From the NCBI RefSeq assembly GCF_009914755.1, contig NC_060932.1: 64,000 bases of DNA, one strand, 5' to 3'. Of this stretch, positions 51,435 to 64,000 are shown one piece after another. Position numbers and translations under genes: made by a program. Within the stretch, counting starts at the first letter, position 1; the number at the start of each line of letters is the position of its first letter. The notes beneath the pieces are model-generated. The model was not told the DNA's origin, did no database searches, and saw only the letters and a program-made list of their open reading frames with translations. The stretch comes from the human T2T-CHM13v2.0 reference genome, Homo sapiens.

Positions 51435-52868
51435 AAGGGTTTGGGCATAAAATGCCGAGTAGAGAGAGAAACTATGGCACTCTAATAAAAAACGAAACTG
51501 AATTGTTTGAGAGGTACTTCTGTACCCAATACAGAGTAATCCATAGATATACACTGAACACACTCTACCACCACTGACGCTCGATGAACATCACTGAGAC
51601 TGAATTAATAACTAACTGATGTGGTGCTAAAGAGTAAACCAGGCAACCAACAGACTCATTGTGATTTGTGGATTCCTAGAAGTGGGAAGTGATAAAATGG
51701 AAACCCAAACACTGAGGAGGCAGGACAGAAAATATGGTTCTTCTATTGGAACAGATCGAAAGGAATCTCCTCATCGTTTCTAAGGCAATACATGTGAAGT
51801 TTCTATTGAGGTTTAGATTGAGAAGGAAATAATTTCTTTTTTATAAAAGATTTTGTCTTTCCCCAGAATGATTTTAGGAAAAGAAAAGAAGTTAGTGCAC
51901 GTTCTTAGAAAACTGGAGATCAGACACAAATCTTGTATGTCTACCTAGTGATGATAGAGGGAAATGCCTGGAATGAACTAGGTTTGTACTTTAAATCTAT
52001 TGCAAAATAAATGTGATGCTTAACTAGTGATATAGTACAACGTGTTCCACAAAAGACATAATTTTGGTGTTTTTGAGGATACTGCCTCTGTATGCTTATA
52101 GGTGGAAATCTGGGAGGTGTTATAGCATCACATGTATAAATTTCTATTTTTTAAATGTGTGAATGCTGGTATCCAACATGGAACTCTTGAATTAATAAAG
52201 CTAAAATAAGGAACTCTTCTGAAGTACAGAGATGCTCCTGGTTCAACTATGTAGCAGTCTGTAAAAAAGCATTTATACAGTGTACCAATTTATTTTTAAA
52301 TGTGGAATCTAATAATATCCACATCTTCTGATCACTTTAAACATGAAAAAATGTTGGAAGCAAATTATAGATAAAATTAGTAAATCACAAGTTAAATGTC
52401 TCTTGCTTCTTTTTCTACCTCCTTCAGTTGATGATTGATGGATGAATCAAAAACTTGTACTAGAATAAAAATTAGAAAGTGGCTACATTGGATGAATGAG
52501 GAAAAACATCTAATTTCAACATTAAAGTATACAGAATGAACAAGTGACAATATAACCAAATTAATTTAAAAGCAGCAACAACAGAATAGGTTTATATTTT
52601 TGGTTTAGTGGGAGCTGCACTACCAACTTCTGTATTAGTATCACCATAGAAAAACTAGCATGGACACTCAACAGAAAATCTTCATTTTCCAACTGTGAAA
52701 TGATTACTATTACATAACAATAGACATGAAAAAGTCTGTGCTAAGAAGCCTTGGTTAGGAGAAATAACTGGTCCTATTGTTTGAGGCCAATGCTGGGGTA
52801 AAATAAGCATTACAGCAATTGGGGTAGTGCTGCTGCTGATGGCTGTGGGCATTGTCTGTACAGAATAG

Positions 52869-57493
<4,625 letters not shown>

Positions 57494-58514
57494 GGAAATT
57501 AATACATAGTGGGTAAGCACAAGTATTGAATAAATATTGAAAGCATGTTTTACAAGTGTATCAGAGGAGAAGGCAAACAAATGTGGAAAATTCTGTAAGA
57601 CCAAAAAGAGAACACAACAAATCCTGAAAAATCAGTGAGCACAGAAGCCTCTGGGTTTCTGGTCAGCTCAGAGGCTCACTTCAAGTGGGTCTTTACTCTG
57701 CAAGGAACAGGAGACAAAACCTAGGGCTCAAACACAGAAAATCATAAGATTGAAAATCTCTGAAGATTAGTCAACTTAGTAAAATGGGTAAACTAAACAA
57801 ACATACATATATAAATAAGCAAATAAAAAAATTCTACCCTGCCAATAAAATGTGCTGTTTATGGCCTTTGGCTGTAGGCAGAGTGGGGAAACATTTCCTC
57901 CTTCAATCTGTTTAGATTGAAATGTAAACTGTTTCTAATGTGGCAATGAAACTGAATTTCAATAACATATATGCTGAAAACTCCAAACTTAGGACTTTAT
58001 TCTAAAGTAGCTCTGATTTTTTTAGTTCACTTACGCTCTTGGGAGAGGCAAATGAAGATCATTTCTGGAATATTGCAACTTAGTGCAGGACTAAAATAAT
58101 TCCCATGGATAAGTTCCAGAAAAAATTAATTCACAAAAGAATATCACAGAAACAGGAGAAAATTTTGCTATGAAGAGTAAGCAGAAATAAAAAGCAACAG
58201 ATTGAGATTAGTAAATAGTATAGTTATAAAATGACTCACTAAATTAAAGAAATAAAAGAGAAAAACATCTGTAAAAATATTTTGTACAATTTAACAAGAA
58301 TGATAAAATTCTGGCAAGCTAAAAATAGAAGTCAGCTTTTTAAAAAAATCTAATAACATGCATATTTACTTAGATTTACATTTAGCTCTACATGACGGCA
58401 AACTCAAGATTATTGTCTTAAATATGATAATATTTATGTTTCTTTCATAAATGAAGTCCATAAATAGGAAGTTCACAGATGCTCTAGATGCTCAGTAATC
58501 ATCAGTTGTTCAGA

Positions 58515-59093
58515 AAGGTGCCTTCTCTCTGTATCCTCACATAGCAGTGAGACAGAGAGAGAGCTTGGCTGTCTTCATCTTATTATAAGAATATCAATCC
58601 CACTACTGGGTCTACACCTGCATAACCTCCTTCAAATCTAATTATCTTCCAAAGGCCCCATTTCCAAATACTATCTGATATGGTTAGGCTTTGTGTCCCC
58701 ACCCAAAGCTCATCTTTAATTATAATTCTCATAATCCCCACATGTCAAAGACCAGGTGGAGGGGGTGGTTTTCCCCCATGCTGTCCTCCTCCTAGTGAGT
58801 GAGTTCTCACGAGAACTGACGGTTTAAAAGTGGCACTTTCCTCTTTGCTCTCTCTCTCTCTCTCTGGCTGGAATGTAAGATATGCCTTGCTTTCCCTTCA
58901 CCTTCTGCCATGATTGTAAGTTTCCGGGGGCCTCCCCAGACATGCAGAACTGTGAGTCAATTAAACCTCTTTCCTGTATAAATTACCTAGTCTCAGGCAG
59001 TTCTTTAGAGCAGTATGAGAACTAATACACCATTACACTGGGAATTAAGACTTCAACATATGAATTTTGGGGAGACCCATTTAGTCCATAGCA
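58515..59093 (-). mobile_element. MLT1A-like LTR split by THE1
   Basis: CTTCTCTCTGTATCCTCACAT..TTCAACATATGAATTTTGGGG..TAGTCCATAGCA. Confidence 0.7.
58676..59029 (+). mobile_element. THE1D-like solo LTR
   Basis: TGATATGGTTAGGCTTTGTGTCCCCACCCAAA..GAACTAATACA. Confidence 0.88.
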
Positions 59094-59099
59094 GGAGCT

Positions 59100-61200
59100 A
59101 TTTGTTAAACTAAAATAAATTAAATGCGGGCCTTCTATTATTATCAAATAATACAGACATTTTTATAAAACAGCATTTTAGCTCACCTAATGGAAAATAG
59201 AGAAACGTTAAAGAATACACTTTAAATAGAAACTGGATAAGGAAGGCCACTGTATCACCCCTGTTCAGTGTTGTAACAGAAATCTGAACTGTATAACAAA
59301 CCATATAAATTATAAATTATGAATGAAAGCATCAAAACTACAAATGTATTAATAAGACTCTCTGTATACACAGAGAGCCCCAATGAGTTCTTGAAATGAT
59401 TATTATAATTAAAGAGACAGGCAAAGTTTCTAAATATAAGAATATGCAAAAATAAAATGTATTTCTCTACATAGAAAATAGCAATTAGAAACAAAATTTA
59501 AAAACTGACACTAAAAAGGGTTTCCAAGAAATAAATACAAAAGGAAGTACAAGATCTTAATGGAAAAATTTATAGAAGTTGATAAAAAATGCAACAGAAT
59601 AGCTAAACAATTCAAGAAAGATAGCCAGTTCATGATAATTCAATCCGGAATAATCCATTAATTCACGGCAATTTAAATAAAAATTTTAATAATAAATGTA
59701 AAGGAAACATAGATTGTCCAATAAAGGTATTATTTAATACTATATCAAAATTTAAGATAGATTAAAAATTAAATGTGAAGAGCAAAACTTGTAATATTTG
59801 TGAAGTAAATGTAGGTAAATCTTGCAATTAAAAGTACATTTTCTTTTTTTTGAAACGGAGTCTCGCTCTGTCGCCCAGACTGGAGTGCAGTGGCGAGCTC
59901 AGCTCACTGCAAGCTGTGCCTCCCAGGTTTGTGCCATTCTCTAGCCTGAGCCTCCGGAGTAGCTGGGACTACAGGCGCCCGCCACCACGCCTGGCTAATT
60001 TTTTGTATTTTTAGTAGAGACGGCATTTCACCTTGTTAGCCAGGATGGTCTCGATCTCCTGACCTTGTGATCCACCCGCCTCGGCCTTTCAAAGTGCTGT
60101 GATTACATGCGTGAGCAGCGCACTGTGCCCGGCCAAAAGTACATTTTTTTTTTTTTTTTAAAGAACGAAAAGTATGAACGAGAAATAAAAGGCTTTATAA
60201 ACATCTTTACTTTAAAATTGAGGTTACAGCTTCATCATAAACAGTTATAGTAAAGTGAAAAGCTAAGCCTCAAGTAGATCACTTAAACACATAAAATAAA
60301 TAAGACATTTCTATTTTAAACAAAAATATTTCTGAAAACTATTAACAAAAGACAAATAATCACTTGGAAAAATTGGCAAGAAACACATTTGAAAGAGGAA
60401 ATGAATGGCTAATAAACATAAGACACCGCACCTAATTTGTAAACAGGAAACTACTAATTAAAATCAATAAGATTATCATTTTAAACCTATCAGCTTAGCA
60501 AAATTTTAAGTCGGCTAATTCCAAGTATTGGTCAGGATGTAAGCTAATGCTCCTATCTGTACTTGCCGTGGCATTACCTTGTATAGCTAAGCAATTTCCT
60601 TCTAAAATAACACTTCTACTCCTTTGATATGTCCTAGAGAAAGTCATTGTAACATGTGAATGAAAATATATGTATAAAAATATTAATAGCAACATTTTCC
60701 AGGACAGGATAAAACTAGACACAACCAAAAAGTCCAAAGTCAGCTGGATAAATTGTGTTATATTTGTAAGATAGAATACAAAACAGTTGTGAGAATGAAT
60801 AAGTTAGTATTTCACACAATCACAAGGGTGAATTTCACAAACACAATGAAAACAGTAAGTTGCAAGAAAAACCATTTAATAGTATTCAGTTTCAATACAA
60901 TTAAAATAATACTAATCATAAATATTATCTTGCAAAACATAATTATGTGTAAAGGAATGATAAAATAAAAAATTCAAGATAACATTTACTTCTGGGTTGA
61001 ATGTAGGCTATGCCGTCCAGGATAAGTGCATAGAGAACTTCAAGGTTTGAGTACTCATGAATATTTTAAAGCTGAGAAGGGAGTACATTAATATTCACTT
61101 TTTATTATTATTTAATATGAATAAAATAATAACAGAATAAGAAAAATGAACGCAGTAAATCTGCAAATACTGATATGTAAGGATTTAGTTTCAAAAGCAA
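59100..61200 (+). mobile_element. Old L1M (L1ME-like) ORF2 to 3' fragments
   Basis: A-rich, degenerate L1 motifs (GAATGGCTAATAAACAT, CCAAGTATTGGTCAGGATGT). Confidence 0.55.
59844..60134 (-). mobile_element. AluY
   Basis: GCAAGCT, TTAGCCAGGATGG diagnostics; TSD AAAAGTACATTTT. Confidence 0.95.
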
Positions 61201-61854
61201 ATAACCAACTGAGAAAATATGGAATATACAAATGACATATTTGTCATGTTCATATAAATTGTTTTAGGGAATGTGACACAAAACCTTGGGATGCAGATTT
61301 TTGGTACTATTGGAATACAGAACTGGAGCTCTCTGGGAGGAAAATCATGAAATAGATAAAATAATACTAAAATTGCTTTTAGTGTAATTTTATGGTCAGG
61401 TACATATATTTTTGAATTCATTTAAAATAATAATGGTAGTTACCTGGATGATGGAATAATGAGCCATTTTATGATGTCTTTAGGTAGAGATGAATTTTTA
61501 AAATCTTCTGAAATTGTGATTTAAAATGGTTTTCTCTAGGTAGTTCAACTGGAGAGAGTAAAAGGACTTAATTTTACATTTATACCCTTTAGGTTTTCTT
61601 TTAGTTTATTACTTTTTGCAGGAATTCCTGTTAAAAGAAAACAAATAATAGGCACTCATGCTGAGAGAAACCTGTCCTGTTGTTAATAAAATCTTTTACA
61701 CTTGAGAGAAGTAAAATACCTGAACTTTCAAAAACTAAAGAAGATTTTATTCCCCAAAAGCCACGGATCCAGAGCAAAGAAAAACTATTATAGAATAAAT
61801 TTGGCTGGCCACAGGCAAACAAATTGATTACATGCTTATTGGTGAACAAGTTAA

Positions 61855-62156
<302 letters not shown>

Positions 62157-62237
62157 TAAAGCTATTTTCTAAATAAGATTTGGTAAATGATTGTTAGAAA
62201 AATTTAACATTAAGAAAAGTGGTTTTATGGTGAAATT

Positions 62238-63789
62238 CTTTAACAGACTTAATTTTTCAGATTAGTTTTATGTTTATAGCAGAATAGTGCACAGTACAGA
62301 ATTTCTCATATACTCTTTGCCTTCACAGAGGCATAGCCTCCCTCATTATCAATATCTCCACCAGAGTGGTACATTTGTTACAATTTATGAACCTACATTG
62401 ACACATAATTACCACCCAGATTCCAAGACCATAGTTTGCATTAGGGGGTCACTCTTGGTATTGTACATTCTATGGATCTGGACCAAAGTATAAGACAAGT
62501 ATCTACCAGTATAGTATTATACAGGGTATTTCCATTGCCCTAAAAATCCTCTGTGTTCTGCCTATTCATCTGTCTTCCCCTCTAAGTCCTAACAGCTACT
62601 GATATATTTTTAGACATTTTTGCCTTTTCCAAAATGTGATATACTTGAAACCATATAGTAAGTAGCCTTTACAGACTAGTTTCTTTCAATTAGTAACATG
62701 AATTTAGGTTTCCTCCATACCTTTTCATGGCTTGATAGTTAATTTTTTTTTCTAGTGCTGAATAATAGTCCATTATCTGAATATACCTTAGTTTATCCAT
62801 TCACTTACTGAAGAACATCTTGGTTCCTATCAAATCTTAGCAATTATGAATAAAGCTGTTATACAAATCCATATGCAGGCTTTTGTGTGTACATATATAT
62901 TCATTTTGGGAGAAAAAAACAAGGAACGTGATTTCTGAATTGTATAATAACAGTGTGTTTGTTTATTTTATTTATTTATTTATTTTTTGAGAAATTGCCA
63001 AACTGTTTTCTGAAGTGGCTTTACCATTTTGCATTCCCACCAGCAATGAATGGTAGTTCCTATTGCTCCCCATCCTTCTCAGCATTTGATATTGTCAGTA
63101 TGCTGAATTTTGGCCATTCTAAGAGATGTGTAGTGTTATCTCATTGTTGCTGTAATTTGTATTTGTATTTCTCTCGTGACATATGAAGTAGAACATCTTT
63201 TCATATTTATTTGCCATCTATATATCTTCTTTGATGAAGTATCTGTTAAGGTCTTTGGCTCAATTTTAAAACTGCTTGTTTGTTATCTTATTGCTGAATT
63301 ATAAGAATTTGTTTTGTATTTTAATAGCAATTCTTTATATGACGTCTTTTGCAAATATTTTCTTCCAATCTGTGATTTGTCTTTTCATTCTCTTGACAGT
63401 GTCTTTCATAGAGTTTATTAATTCTTTCTTTCATGGATTGTGCCTTCGATGTTATTATTTCTAAAAGTCATTGCTAAGTACAATGTCATCTATAGTTTTC
63501 CTGTGCTATTTTTCTAGGAGTTTTATGGTTTTGTGTTTCACATTTAGGTCTGGGATCTATATTGAATTAATTTTAAGGAAGTGTTTAAAATCTGGGCCTA
63601 GATTTATTTTTTGAATATGATGTCCAGTTATTTCAGCACTATTTGTTGAAAAACTATCTTTTTTTCTATTGTATTGCCTTTCCTTCTCTGTCTCTAAGAT
63701 TGGTTGACTTTATTTATGTGGATCTGTCACCGGGCTCTCTCTATTCTGTTCCATTGATCTGTTTATTTTTTCACTAATGCCACATTGTC

Positions 63790-63790
<1 letters not shown>
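62238..63790 (-). mobile_element. L1MC1-3-like 3' portion
   Basis: CCACCAGAGTGGTACATTTGTTACAAT..GAACCTACATTGACACAT; TTGCATTCCCACCAGCAATG. Confidence 0.8.

Positions 63791-64000
<210 letters not shown>

Noticed and set aside
51570-51622. CTGA/GATGA motifs suggesting a C/D snoRNA
   Set aside because: No proper RTGATGA C box or terminal stem

Overview
Primate (catarrhine, probably human or great ape) nuclear DNA: AT-rich, CpG-depleted and roughly two-thirds interspersed repeat. I cannot support any protein-coding exon, tRNA/rRNA or CpG island. Every ORF in the track maps to L1, Alu, ERV or MaLR remnants, microsatellites, or chance. Main contents: a deleted ERV9/LTR12 provirus inside an MLT2 LTR; a long L2; a full-length degenerate L1PB; three 5'-inverted (twin-primed) L1s of different ages; a nested L1MA > ERV1 LTR > Alu and MaLR > MaLR cluster; about 12 Alus; several solo LTRs and DNA-transposon MITEs. 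The most notable signals are rearrangement scars: a near-identical (335/336) copy of the flank pasted into the ERV9, an ORF1 snippet pasted into ORF2 of the same L1, two fold-back palindromes (one a 40-bp pre-miRNA-like stem), and Alu/L1 junctions without TSDs. RFX X-box motifs also occur in unique sequence. I did not find a clearly new biological system. Repeat subfamily names come from remembered consensus sequences and need RepeatMasker/Dfam confirmation.
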